64,000 nt of DNA from Octopus vulgaris. Taxonomy: Eukaryota. Made by a program: the position numbers and the translations under genes. Below are positions 41,944 to 55,584 of this stretch, piece after piece. The stretch covers positions 110,360,001-110,424,000 of the forward strand of contig OX597823.1 of the NCBI GenBank assembly GCA_951406725.2. The letters are read 5' to 3'. Position 1 is the first letter of the stretch. Every line of letters begins with the position of its first letter. The notes below the pieces were generated by a model that saw only the letters and a program-made list of their open reading frames with translations, was not told the DNA's origin and did no database searches.

Positions 41944-42185
41944 TGTGTGTGTGTGTGTATGTTTATGTGTTGTGTTTATGTGTTTGTGTGTGTGTGTGTC
42001 CCAACGTCACTTGACAACCGATGCTGGTGTGTTTACGCCCCGTAAATTAGCGGTTCTGCAAAAGAGACCGATAGAATAAGTACTAGGCTTACAAAGAATA
42101 AGTCCTGGGGGTTGATTTGATCGACTAAAGGCGGTGCTCCAGCATGGCCGCAGTCAAATGGCTGAAACAAGTAAAAGAGAGAGTA
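41731..42185 (+). mobile_element. SINE family A, full length
   Basis: agtggctgtgtggcaagtagc...gggttcagtccc...ccttgggcaagt, central (TA)n(TG)n, tail ggcggtgctccagcatggccgcagtcaaatggctgaaacaagtaaaagag. Confidence 0.92.
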
Positions 42186-42260
42186 CTCATAACAAAACAA
42201 AATTAAATATCAATTAAGAGTATGCATGTGCATTCGTGTGTGAGTGTGTGTGCGTGTGTA

Positions 42261-42296
<36 letters not shown>

Positions 42297-42734
42297 CGTG
42301 TGTGTGCATGTGTGAATGTTTACTTTGTGCGATGTGTTTACATGAAATCACTTAAGCAAAAACGGTGACACTATGTTGATAACTGCTTCCCGAGTGCTTT
42401 AAAGACTGAAGGAAAAAAAAAACATCCCTTACTTGCACACATGTAAGGGTTAGCATCAGGAAGAATATCGTGCTGTAAAATCAGGGATCAAATAATATAC
42501 CTTTGTGAAACATATGGTAGCCTGGAAAAATTGGCATAATAGAATATGAGCAAAATATTAAGGAATATTTGTATTTATATTTAGATTGTGTGCCTGTGTA
42601 TTGTCTGTATATGCATTTCTGTGTGTCAGAGTGAGGGAGAGTATGTATGTATGTATGTATGTATGTAATGTATGTATATATGTATGTATGGAAGTATGTA
42701 TATATATATATATATATATATACATACAGACAGA

Positions 42735-42930
42735 CGCCATGATAGATCGTTAGCCACTACATACATTTTTCTCTCCTTTTTTCTCTCTTTGTTTCTCTCC
42801 TTGTTTTTCTGTGTCCCTTTCTGTAGAAGAGCGTAGGCTCGAAACGTAAAAGACTTTTTCTATTCCTGAGCGTTATACTAATACATCTGTTTGTTTTCTA
42901 CACCACATCTTTTCGTCTTTTTTTTTCGCA
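42735..42930 (+). mobile_element. Solo Penelope terminal repeat
   Basis: Collinear with 57960-58147. Confidence 0.8.
42817..42852 (+). ncRNA. Minimal hammerhead-like motif with CUGUNGA core
   Basis: cttt-CTGTAGA-a-gagc-gtag-gctc-GAAAC-GTA-aaag. Stems I and II pair fully, and stem III is the palindrome ACGT. Confidence 0.6.
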
Positions 42931-42948
42931 AACTCTCTCTCTCTCTCT

Positions 42949-43014
<66 letters not shown>

Positions 43015-43439
43015 GTGTATGTATGCAAGAATTAAGGCTTCACACCCAACTTTGCAGGAACACTTGTCCCTTGATATTTGATACTTTCTTCTCCACTATC
43101 TATTTGTTATTCAACCATCAATGGTTCCACACTTAAGTGTTCTTGCCAGTGAGCCAACGAACTTCACCAATTTTGTCTATTGATTAGTCATGGCTAATTT
43201 CCTACTACTTCCACGCCTGATATCTTTATAGCCATTATTGGATTCAGACTGATTATTCAATTCAACCATATTAAAACCAATTGTAACAACAAAAATGGTA
43301 ACTGGTTGCAAAGACTTTTTGATTTTTTGAACTGTTAACCTTTTGACCCCAGTTTTTTTCTCTCTTTCTTCATAACAAGGTTTTTTGTTTTTCTATTTTG
43401 TGAGTTCTTTTTCCTGCTTGTATTTTATTTAGCTGTACC

Positions 43440-43590
<151 letters not shown>

Positions 43591-43665
43591 ACTTTTCTCT
43601 TCAAGTTTTGTTTAGATTTAGCTTATTATATTTTATTGTATTATTTTATTATTATTATTATTATG

Positions 43666-43696
<31 letters not shown>

Positions 43697-44211
43697 CGAC
43701 TACTACTACTACTACTACTACTATACATTTTTATTTATTATTATTATTTGTAGTAGTATTGTTGTGGGTGTTGTTGTTGTTCTTTTGTTTGTCTTCAATC
43801 AAGAGAAGTGAGGAAGAGAAATGATGTGAAAAGACCTGAACATCAAAATAACAATACAGCCTCATCTCAAAAATATTGAACACTCTTCTTTTTTTGCAAG
43901 GGGGATGGTGGTGATAATGGTAGTGGTTGTGGTGGTGATGGTGAGTTGGATGATTGGACAAATTCAATTATTCTCACAATTTCACTTCCTCATACTGAAA
44001 ATATACACGCCTCTGTGTGTGTATGTGTGTGTGTGTCTGTGTGTCTGTGTGTGTGTGTGTGTGCGTGTTTGTGTATATGCTTGTGTTCAATTTTTCAGGG
44101 TGGGAAGAAGTGTACAGATGTGTGTGTGTATATAAGTATATGTATGCATACATCTGTATGTATGTATGTATGTATGTATGTATGTATATATGTATGTATG
44201 TAAATATGTAT

Positions 44212-44251
<40 letters not shown>

Positions 44252-44372
44252 ATGTATGGATGTATGTATGCAAGAATGTATGTACGTATGTATGTATGTG
44301 TGTGTGTATGTGTTTGGGTGTGTGTTTGGGTATGCATGTGTGTGTGTGCGTGCTTATGTGTATTAATCTGTA

Positions 44373-44410
<38 letters not shown>

Positions 44411-44902
44411 GGATGTATATACTAAAGATGTTGGACAACGCTTCTATATATTCTGGTCGGTCAATCTCCTTTAAATATTACCTACACAACACAGTTCCTG
44501 CATTATAGTAATTCAGATTGAATTTCTGGATTAAATGAGTAGTTTAGAAAGATCTAAGGTTCTTCAATTTCGTTATGTGGAACAATTGCTACACTCTCCT
44601 GACAAATATAGAAAAAAAAACAATGTAAATAATAATCATTATACACACTTATATGCATATATATATGTAAGTACATATTTATGTCTGCATATATGTGTGT
44701 ATGTATGTATCAGCATCATTTTAACATCTATGCTTTCATGCTTGCATTGGTTCTAGAAAAACTATGTTGGAGTAGTTTTCTATACTTGGATGCCTTTCCT
44801 AGAACTGATTCTCACCTGCCTGCTTTGAAGCAAAGTTATAGCTGCTTATACATATATACATATATACATACCGACATACATATAACATAGATAGATAGAT
44901 AG

Positions 44903-44977
<75 letters not shown>

Positions 44978-45127
44978 GTCAGACATGCAGGATGTAAATA
45001 GACATCTTAAATTTTGAAAGTTTTTGATCTAAGTGTCTTGATATGTTTTCAGCGGTGTAGAATTTACAATGCAATTATTCTTTTTCATTCCAGGTGCCAT
45101 TCTATTAAACGTTTGTGAAGAGTAACC

Positions 45128-46020
45128 ATGAGATGAACAAAAAAAATAGGAGAACTGTTAGATTTTCTAAGAGGTCGTATTGTTGGGCAATCTGAGGCTG
45201 GTCTTAGCCAGCAAAAATTTGACGAAAATCTTTAAATTCCTCTTGCTACTGTTAATAGAATTGTAGTGCAATTCAAAATCCAACTTAAAGAATCAACAGA
45301 TTCTCCTACGACCTGAGCCCCCGGAAAGGAAGCTTCGCCGTTTGAAGAGAATTGTGGAAAACAAACCCTGTTTGAAGGCCTCTGACTTTGCAAAACAGCT
45401 AGAAGTTAGTCCAAGAACATGTGTTACATAACTACATAAGCTTGGATATTATGGATGAGTAGCTAGAAGAAAACCTCTCTTTCAACCAATTAATATCATG
45501 AAACGAAAGAAATGGGCTAAGGATATGTCAGAAAAATCCAGTTCATTTTGGGATAGAGTGATTTTTTTAGATGAATCCAGTTTTGCATTATTTTCAAACG
45601 GTGGACGTGTTTGGATCTGGAGGCTTACCAATCAAGAATTTGATTTGAAACGACTCCAACCAACTGTGAAAGATGGCAATATCTCTGTAATGGTATGGGG
45701 AGCTGTCACCAGCAATGGTCATTCTGAGCTGATTGAATGTGTTGGAACCATAAATTCTGAAAAATACATCGAAATACTTAAGCAAGGAATACTTCTGATG
45801 TATTCATATGATATCATAATGAGAAAGGAGTTTTTATTCATGGAAGATAGGGCTCCATGCCACACAGTGAAAAGGAATCAACAATGGCTGATTGAAAATG
45901 TAATCAAAAACCATCCTTGGCCGTGCCAATTTCCTGATATGAACCCAATTGAAAATCTTTGGAGCATACTAGACAGAGCTATACGAAAAACTCGACAGAA
46001 CCCTAAAACTAAAGATGGTT
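45128..46020 (+). mobile_element. Tc1 DD34E transposase pseudogene
   Basis: GELLDFLRGRIVG..., ARRKPL, FWDRVIFLDESSF, PTVKDGNISVMVWGA, MEDRAPCH-[34 aa]-E in DMNPIENLW. The N-terminus has stops and frameshifts, and the C-terminus is truncated. Confidence 0.92.
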
Positions 46021-46129
46021 TTGATTGTGTGAAAGACCAGCTTTTTAATCATACAGTCATGCCTGAACCTACATATATGAGTGTCTGTATATAAGAGTAT
46101 ATATTCACAAACACGCTTACATACATGAA

Positions 46130-46191
<62 letters not shown>

Positions 46192-46192
46192 T

Positions 46193-46251
<59 letters not shown>

Positions 46252-46263
46252 CACACACATATA

Positions 46264-46313
<50 letters not shown>

Positions 46314-46614
46314 GTGTGTGCATACATACGCATATACTGTTAGCTAAATATTATGTATAACCATCTTCTAGGATAAAATCTGTGATTAATGACTGCCTCT
46401 AATAGGTTCCCATGATGACAAAATTTGTAAAATTATTGCAAGACCAAAACTCAATTTCTTAAGTATCATCAGAAATTCAAATAAAGACACGACTGGATGA
46501 GTGAGCAGAGAATCATACCTCAACTTGCGTATACTTAACTTTCTCTGCCTTTACAAATGAAGAATTAACAAATTTGTTGGTATTTCAATGCAATCAACAT
46601 GCATTATATTTTTT

Positions 46615-46900
46615 ATTCTTTTCTTGTTTTAATCATTAGATTACAGGTATGTTGGGGCATAGCCTTGGAGAATTCTTAGCGAAATCAATTGAACCCATTG
46701 TCAAACCACTAAGTTACGGGGATGTGAACACACTGATACCAGCTGTCAATCAGAAGTGGGGAACAAATACAGACACAAAGGCACTCATTGATATAAATAT
46801 ATGTATATAGCACAGGCTTCTTTCAGTTTCTTTCTACCAAATCCAAATCCACTTATAAGGCCAACAGCGTAGCAGAAGACACTTGCCCAAGATACCAAGC
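46615..46900 (-). mobile_element. SINE family A, degenerate
   Basis: aaccactaagttacggggatgtgaacac, ggcttctttcagtttc, gaagacacttgcccaag. Confidence 0.75.
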
Positions 46901-47126
46901 AATAAAAGCCCTCTATCTATTTGTCATTTCAAGATGCCAAAGTCTTGGCTGGCATTTGAAAGAAAGAAAGTATCTGTACATCAAATTTTATAATGACAAA
47001 TGCTTACACTACACAAGTACCAAACTCTAAATGTTCGAAATGAGTAGACCCATAAGAAACTGAGTCGTGAGGTTGCTCTTCAGTATAAATACCATCTTTT
47101 CTTCATCAGCATATATATATATATAT

Positions 47127-47527
47127 ACTCTTTACTCTTTACTCTTTTACTTGTTTCAGTCATTTGACTGCGGCCATGCTGGAGCCCCACCTTTAGTCCA
47201 GCAACTCAACCCCGGGACTTATTCTTTGTAAGCCCAGTACTTATTCTATCGGTCTCTTTTGCCGAACCGCTAAGTGACAGGGATATAAACACACCAGCAT
47301 CGGTTGTCAAGCAATGCAAGGGGGACAAACACACACGCATATATATATATATATATATACATACGACGGGCTTCTTTCAGTTTCCATCTACCAAATCCAT
47401 TCACAAGGCTTTGGTCGGCCCGGGGCTATAGCAGAAGACACTTGCCCAAGATGCCACGCAGTGGGACTTAACCCGGAACCATGTGGTTGGTTAGCAAGCT
47501 ACTTACCACACAGCCACTCCTGCGCCT
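47127..47527 (-). mobile_element. SINE family A, full length
   Basis: Complete head ggcgcaggagtggctgtgtggtaag and (gagtaaaa)n tail on the minus strand. Confidence 0.92.
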
Positions 47528-47566
47528 ATATATATATGATTAATTAAAAAAAAACAAGAGGAAAAT

Positions 47567-47765
47567 AACAATATGAGGACGAGGTACATGCTAAATACCT
47601 CGTCCTCACATTGTTGTTTTTCTCAGATACTCAGAGAAAAAAAGAAAGGGGGTTTTATGTTTTGAGGAAAGCTCTCCTTCAGAAGAAGGTGACAGAGGAA
47701 ATTCCAAGAGTAAAGGAAGACGGAGGAAAAAAATCACCAACAATTAACATGTGGTTACATTTTAA
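47567..47765 (-). mobile_element. Probable PLE-type terminal repeat with 20-bp hairpin and decayed hammerhead motif
   Basis: Hairpin at 47567-47615 (19/20 match). Minus-strand ctgaagga-gagctttcctc-aaaacat at about 47655-47682. Confidence 0.45.
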
Positions 47766-48075
47766 AATGTATATATATATATACTCAAACATATATATGC
47801 ATATATATATATATATATATACTCAAACATATATATGCATATATAACCTATTGGGTGGGTTTTGTCTCTCTTGAGTTCATGTACCGTTTAACAGATATAT
47901 TTCACACTGCAGGATAACCAAATTGCAAATCTGAAACACTCACCAAATAAATCTGAAGGTTGTGCTGCTTTAGTTCACAAGGACTCGAACACGAACACGT
48001 TGTATTGGTTTACACGGTTACTAGTAGCATGTTTGATTATGATATGTCTAACCAGTCTATACAACCATATGTGTA

Positions 48076-48120
<45 letters not shown>

Positions 48121-49010
48121 GTACATATATATATACTCACACATACGTGTACACACACGCATATATGTACATATAGACACCTATATATACACGTATGCAA
48201 ATAATATAATATATATATATATATATGACTAAATCTATGTACATGTATACATGTATGTATAATTATACGAGCACACTCATTCACATGCACACACACACTC
48301 ACATGCACAGATTTATGCTAATGTGAGTAGAGTGTGAATGTATATGTACACACACAAAAAAAAATTATGCGAAATATTGTCTTTCTAAATGTGTTATCAG
48401 ATAAAGAAAAAATAGAAAAAAAACAGAACAACAAACACACACATGCATAAACACACACACACACACACATATATAGATGCATACCCACGCATACATTCAA
48501 AGAAATAATATTATTTGAGGTGTTCATCAAATAAAAGCGAAATATTTTCAGTGTGACACACAGACAGACTTCAAAAATGCTAAAAGTAGAAAGCAAAATA
48601 AAACAAATTATTATGTTTGTTCACTTATAATATTTTATAATCATCAACTTCATGGTGTATTTATATATTATTTGTATTGTATGATATTTATATTTCTGTT
48701 TGTTTGTACATGAGAGTATATGGGATTAAATGCACTTGGGGTATGTATGTGCATTTATATGTATGCATTCGCGTATGACATAAATATTTTTCTGTTTATG
48801 CAAATGTATATATAATATATATGATATACACACATGCATATACAAGTATGTTATTGCAGCTTTCTTGAAATACATACATTTATGAGTGTTGTTATCATTA
48901 TTATTATTAGTAGTAGCAGTATTAGAGTGTATCTGACCAAATGTATGTGGTGATGCGTGTATATATGCAAATATATTCATCAATTTATAAATATATATAT
49001 ATATATTCAT

Positions 49011-49151
<141 letters not shown>

Positions 49152-49316
49152 CATATGTATGTATGTATAAATATGTGCACACGTTGTTCAGAATATATGC
49201 CAAATGTTTTATCATTTTTAATACTACCATAAATATATATGTGAGTGTGTTTGCGTGTGTGTGTGTGTGTAGAAATTGAAAGAAATGTATGAGCCCAACC
49301 CACCACACACACGTGG

Positions 49317-49347
<31 letters not shown>

Positions 49348-49761
49348 AACAAATACAAATGCATTAACCACAAAATTGTCCGTAAAATCCCAATATACAG
49401 ATCAGCATAAAATTCTCAAGTCCATTTGATCAAAGCCTGAATTTTGGTCAATACTAGAACTGCTCAAAGTTCTACAGATAAATCTGAACTTTTGTGTATT
49501 TTTCATTCTCATTCTTGCATGAAGATTGAGTAAACGTCATAAACACCCACACAAGCACACACAAGCACGTAACCATATCTACAAACGTGTATACACACAT
49601 GCAGACACACACATATATTCATATATGCACATATATGATCATGTACATACTTAAATACATTCGTATACAAAGATACATCCACATATAATCATCAGTGTGT
49701 GTATATATATGTGTGTGTATGTATATATATATATATACAGATATATATACATGTATATATA

Positions 49762-49883
<122 letters not shown>

Positions 49884-50474
49884 TGTATATATATACATAT
49901 ATACATATACATATATATATGTATATATATAGGGAGAATTTACGAAAATATATATATATATATATATATACGCACGCACATACACACACATATATTTGAA
50001 ATATATATGAAGTGAAGCAAAAGAGAGTGGAAGGTGGAAGGAAGAGAGTGCCGGTGAGATGTAAAATGTGATAGAGTACTGATAGAGATATGCATTAAAA
50101 ATAAGAGCGGAATATCTAAATCTTGCACAACAAATAGAACCATTTCATTTTCGAACAATTTCTATTGAAATAAGGAATTATGTTGGTGTTTGCATATTTG
50201 CATATTCCCCAACCTAGTTTTTATGTCCCCGATATCAATGTGTGTATACAAATATATGTGTATGTTTATGGTGTATATGTTCAGTTGTCTGATTGCCTGT
50301 GTATGTTTGTATGCGTATGTTTGCTTTAGTGTGTGTATAAAGTATATATTAATTGACATGTATATGTGAGCAGTGAAAGTTGAAAGAGAAATGGAATTTT
50401 ATATGCGTGTGTGTGTCTGTGTTTGTGTCCATATATACGTGTGTGACTCTATTTGAGTGTGTGCGTGTGTGTGT

Positions 50475-50511
<37 letters not shown>

Positions 50512-50726
50512 CATTCTTTTATTCATTCACACTTTTTATATTTTTTTCTGTTTCAGTCAATGGGCTGTGGCCATGCTTGAGCACCTATCTCCACATTTCT
50601 TCTTTTAAGATGGGTCCTTATTCAATCGATCTCGTTTGCAGTGCACCAAGTTGCAAGGACCCACAAAAATCAATAGCAGGTGCGAAGCAGTGCTGGAGAC
50701 AAATACAAAGACACGAGCATGTGCAT

Positions 50727-50779
<53 letters not shown>

Positions 50780-50802
50780 CACACAAAATAAATAAATAAA
50801 TA

Positions 50803-50948
50803 TGGTGTGTGGTAAGAAGCTTGTTTCCCAACCACATGGTTCTGTGTTCCAAACCACAATGTGCCACTATCTGGTGCCTTGGGCAAGGGTCTTCCTCTGT
50901 GACCTGTGAGTGGATTTGGTAGATAGAAGCTGAAAGAAACCCATCATA

Positions 50949-50984
<36 letters not shown>

Positions 50985-51315
50985 TGTATGTATGTATGTA
51001 TGTATGTATGTATGTACGTATGTATGAGGTACAATGGCCCAGTGGTTAGGGCAGCGCACTCGCGGTCGTAGGATCGCAGTTTCGATTCCCAGACCGGGCG
51101 TTGTGAGTGTTTATTGACCGAAAACCACTAAATCTCCACAAGGCTCCGGCAGGGGGTGGTGGCGATCCCTGCTGTACTCTTTCACCGCAACTTTCGCTCT
51201 CTCTTTCTTCTGTTGGCCTGCTCACTTAGCCAGTGGGGTGGCATCATTTGAAGGCGAAAACAATGCGAAGCGCATTTTGAACAGCGATGTGTAGCAACAT
51301 CTCATAGCCTGGGCT

Positions 51316-51358
<43 letters not shown>

Positions 51359-51585
51359 ATGTGTGTGTATGTGTGTCTTTGTGTCTGTGTTTGTACTCCC
51401 ATCACTACTTGACAACCAGTGTTGGTGTGTTTATGTCCTTGTAACCTAGCAGCTCAGCAAAAGAGGGTGATAGAATAAGTACTACGTTTAAAGTATAAGT
51501 CGTTGTGTCAATTTATTCGACTAAACCACTCAAGGTGATACTCCAGCGTCGCCGCAGTCAAATGACTGAAACAAGTAAAAGAATA
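50803..51585 (+). mobile_element. SINE family A interrupted by a SINE B in its central microsatellite
   Basis: Head at 50803-50945 and tail at 51375-51585. Confidence 0.85.
51026..51314 (+). mobile_element. SINE family B, alternative tail
   Basis: tggcccagtggttagg A box and gtttcgattccc B box. The 5' half matches 5106-5447, while the 3' half is unrelated to it. Confidence 0.85.
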
Positions 51586-51791
51586 AATATATATAGAACA
51601 GAGTATGCACAGTTTTCATGTAACAAATTCTCTGTCTCAGAATGGGTTGGCCTAGGGCTATAGTAGAATATGCTTATGGATCGTACTATTCAATGGGAAT
51701 AAAACGAAAATCACGTGGTTGTAAAGCAAATTTCTTAACACAGCCTGGTCTGCATTTTTGTGTATATAAACATAATACACATATATATATA

Positions 51792-52126
51792 CTCTTTACT
51801 CTTTTACTCGTTTACTTGTTTCAGTCATTTGACTGCGGCCATGCTGGAACACCGCCTTTAGTCGAGCAAATTGACCGCAGGACTTATTCTTTGTAAGCCT
51901 AGTACTTATTCTGTTGGTCTCTTTTGCCGAACCGCTAAGTTACCGGGATGTAAACACACCAGCATCGGTTGTGAAGCGATGTTGGGGTGGGAGACAAACA
52001 CAGACACACAAACACACACACACATATATATTCAGTAGAAGACACTTGCCCAAGGTGCCACGCAGTGGGACTGAACCCGGAACCATGTGGCTGGTAAGCA
52101 AGCTACGTACCACACAGCCACTCCTG
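51792..52126 (-). mobile_element. SINE family A with internal deletion
   Basis: Homology to 47127-47527, lacking the acgggcttctt...ggcta segment. Confidence 0.88.
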
Positions 52127-52137
52127 TATATTTATTT

Positions 52138-52482
52138 TATTCTTTTACTTGTTTCAGAAATTTAACTGCGGCCGTGCTGGAGCACCGCTTTTAGTCGAAC
52201 AAATCGATCTCAGGACTTATTCTTTGTAAGCCTAGTACATATTCTAGCCGGGTTTTTTTTGCCGAACTGCTTGGGACGAGAACACACCAGCATTAGTTGT
52301 CAAGCGATGATGGAGGTGGGGAACAAACACACACACACACACATTTATTTATATATAGGACGAGCTTCTTTCAGCTTCCGTCTACCAAATCCACTCACAA
52401 GTCTTTGGTCGACACGAGGCTATAATGGAAGACACTTGCCCAAGGTGCCACGCAGTGGGACTGAACCCGGAACCATGTGTTT
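52138..52482 (-). mobile_element. SINE family A, head truncated
   Basis: Tandem neighbour of the previous copy. Confidence 0.88.
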
Positions 52483-52705
52483 GGAGTGAATGAAATCAAC
52501 GCAGACACTAAGTTCGAAACTCTTCAGGCGTAGATTGGTAGAATCTTAACCAATTCCATTTGTGGAGGAATTGACTTTTCTTTTGTTGTCAGGAATATTT
52601 CAATTTATAGAAAATTTGCCTCTTGATATTCCACGCTTATCCAATACTTGAGAAAACCAATGAAGATGTGTAGATTCTTTCTGACTATTATGGTCGGGTG
52701 CAAAT

Positions 52706-52918
52706 CGGTTAGCTGGCAGAATCGTTAACGTCTCGGGCAAAATGCTTGGTGGTATTTCATCTGTCTGTACGTTCTGAGTTCAAATTCCGCTGAAGTAGAC
52801 TTTGCCATTCATCCTTTCGGGGTTGATAGAATAAGTATCAGTTGAGTACTGGGGTCGATGTTATCGACTTACTTATTCCCCCGAAATTGCTAGCCTTGTT
52901 CTAAAATTTGAAATCACT
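52706..52918 (+). mobile_element. SINE family C, tail variant 2
   Basis: agctggcagaatcgtta...ctgagttcaaattccg...ttcatcctttcggggttgata...aaaatttgaaatc. Confidence 0.85.
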
Positions 52919-53043
52919 ATTATGGCCTGGCGTGTTTTTTTTCGAAGACTTCTTCAACAAAACTCCGTTACTTGAGAAGTTGCCAAATGCTGGTGACAAG
53001 AAGCTTTAAAATCCCGTCTCTGCTACCGTCTAATGCGTGGCAG

Positions 53044-53343
53044 CAGTGGCGGACTGGCCAGGTTACCAACTTGGCGGATGGCAAGTGGGATTCTACGCCA
53101 TTAGAATCCATATATGGAGGTCCATGTTAGTATCTAAGGGGTCCATCTCCTCAAGTTTGGGAATTTTTTAAATTCACTCCTGGAAGAATGCATTAATTAC
53201 TTCAGCCTGACTGTGTTTGTAGACAGTTGAAACGAAAACTTTTAACAAAAAGAAAAAAAACAGATAACTAACAGCATTGTGTGTTGCGGGTGGGCCCCAT
53301 TAGTCTCCTGGCAACCAATATTTTTAGACCCAGTCTGCTACTG
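53044..53343. mobile_element. hAT-type MITE (300 bp)
   Basis: 14-bp TIR cagtggcggactgg / ccagtctgctactg, and 8-bp TSD cgtggcag (53036-53043) / cgtggctg (53344-53351). Confidence 0.82.
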
Positions 53344-53568
53344 CGTGGCTGAATCGAAAAGGGGTATTAAATGAATGAACGAAAGAAATACTTATTTTGT
53401 TCAATGTAAAGTAGCACTGAAAAAAGGAATTTTAGTGAGGCTGGTGATCAGCGTTAAAAGAAAGCGACAACTCTTGTTAAGTCAGCTGTGAGCATATCAT
53501 CACATATTAATATTTCAAAATATAAAAATGTTATAAAGTTTTAAATATGTAATAAAATATAAACTAGA

Positions 53569-53966
53569 CTAGCAGTATCGCTCGGCGTTGCTCGGGTTTT
53601 GAAATCACATTCACTTAAAAATCACATTGAAATCACATTCACTTAAAAATATTACTAAATGATTAGATTGTGTTTAACAAAAGAGAAAATAGAAACATTT
53701 TTCGTTGTCCAGTCACTGTATAGTCGAAAGGTAAGAGTTACGTCCCTTGCAGGATCAAGTTACCTTCGGAAACTTTTCCTATTATGCACCTTTTGGGGTA
53801 TTTATACCCTGCAAACCCTTAATATCTTCACAACTTCGCGGGTCACATCCTCACTACGCATTTATTATCCCTGCCAATTTTCAGCTCGATCCTAGCACGT
53901 CTAGGGCCATTGAATCCTTACCAAAGCCAAAGTGTGAAAGTTTTTTTCCTCTTTTATATAAGTAGA
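53569..53966 (-). mobile_element. Non-autonomous Helitron
   Basis: The minus strand starts TCtacttatataaaa and ends cccgagcaacgccgagcgatactgCTAG (subterminal GC-rich hairpin plus CTAG, followed by T). Confidence 0.75.
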
Positions 53967-54277
53967 ATAGAAATCATTGATAATGAATATAAAGTAAATT
54001 TGTAAATATGCAAATTGCTCAGCTAGAATTCAAATTTCCGTATTGAAAAGATACAATGTAATTGAATAAAAATGTCTAGTACAATGTCGCACGTCGAATT
54101 TGATGCCAAGATGATGTTTGTGACAAGATCCTTAAACGGTAATATGTGCAAGTGCTGAACGTCCCTCATTTGTCTGTTGCTAGAAAGCTTTTTAGTATAA
54201 TGCCCCTCTCTGTATTAAGAGAGTCTGTATTTTGCGCTAAAGTTTATGCAAGGTCAGCGTCTCTTTTTACGATTTAC

Positions 54278-54676
54278 TATTTTACTTGTTTCAGTCATAT
54301 AACTGTGGCCATGCTGGAGCACCGCCTTTAGTCGAGCAAATCACCCCCAGGACTTATTCTTTATAAACTTAGTACTTATTCTATCGGTCTCTTTTGCTGA
54401 ACCACTAAGTTACGGGAACGTAAACACACCAGCATTTGCTGTGAAGCGATGTTGGGGGGAGGGGGACAAACACAGACACACAAACATATACACACACATA
54501 CATATATATATATACATATATACGACGGGCTTCTTTCAGTTTCCGTCTACCAAATCCACGCACAAGGCTTTGGTCGGCCCAAGGCTATAGTAGAAGACAC
54601 TTGCCCTGGGTGCCACTCAGTGGGACTGAACTCGGAACCATGTGGTTCGTAAGCAAGCTACTTACCACACAGCCAC
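54278..54676 (-). mobile_element. SINE family A
   Basis: Near-full-length homology to 47127-47527. Confidence 0.9.
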
Positions 54677-55385
54677 ATGATATTTCAGAAAGTGAAGCAA
54701 TAGTCGTTGAATTATGTTTTAAGTTATCTTTCAGTCATGCCAACAGAGATTTTGACTGATGCTGTCTTTCGTGTTGGTCTCTCAAAGAACTGAGTCATGT
54801 AAAATAACCTTTGTCTTGCACGTTCTGTGATAGTCACAATCCCATATAAATTTGATACTTAAAGTTTTCTTAATTTTCCGCGTCCGTTTATACCAAATGC
54901 CTTCACTCTCATTCGTGTTCATATATAACTTGGATGCGTATATATAGAGTCGAACTGTTGACGTATACATAATGCTCCGGTGATCTGATGAGCTAGCTTT
55001 ATTCAGAGTAATTAGTGAATATAGTTTCTTTGTATAATAATGTTCATACATATTAATGCAAACATATACACAAAATTCTTCGACTAGTGATATTAATACT
55101 GCACCATGAAGATTGCGTAATTCTGTGGTTAAATAAATAAATACATACTCAGATTTCAAACCTCCTGACTTCGATTAATCAAACTTTTCAATCTTTCTAC
55201 ATATCATACCAGATTACTTGCTTCTGACCTCGAAATTTATCAATATTTTCGATTTCACTTCCATATTTCTCACGTGGTCCGAAATTATAAATAGCTGCCA
55301 TTAGAAATAAATATTATTTTAAGAGAAAGGCAGTTGTTGTTGTTGTTGTTGCTATTGGTAATTTATTTGATCTTCTGACGTACAC

Positions 55386-55490
55386 CCAAGACACCTGATG
55401 AAGGCTGGAGGGTATATCAGCCGAAACGTTGTGTTAACAACAAACAAGATGAGGACAAATATCCCTCAAATGTAAATAATGTAGATAATG
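55386..55490 (+). mobile_element. Solo tail fragment of the tRNA/hammerhead element family
   Basis: Matches 34952-35048. Confidence 0.85.
55390..55435 (+). ncRNA. Intact minimal type I hammerhead ribozyme motif
   Basis: gacac-CTGATGA-a-GGCTG-gagggtatat-CAGCC-GAAAC-GTT-gtgtt. Stem I gacac/gtgtt, perfect 5-bp stem II, palindromic AACGTT at stem III, predicted cleavage after GUU. Confidence 0.75.
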
Positions 55491-55504
55491 ATAATAATAT
55501 TAAT

Positions 55505-55584
<80 letters not shown>

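Noticed and set aside
45498-46094. 198-aa ORF as an active or domesticated transposase
   Set aside because: The upstream DNA-binding region has stops and frameshifts, the C-terminus runs into unrelated sequence, and no TIR pair was found.
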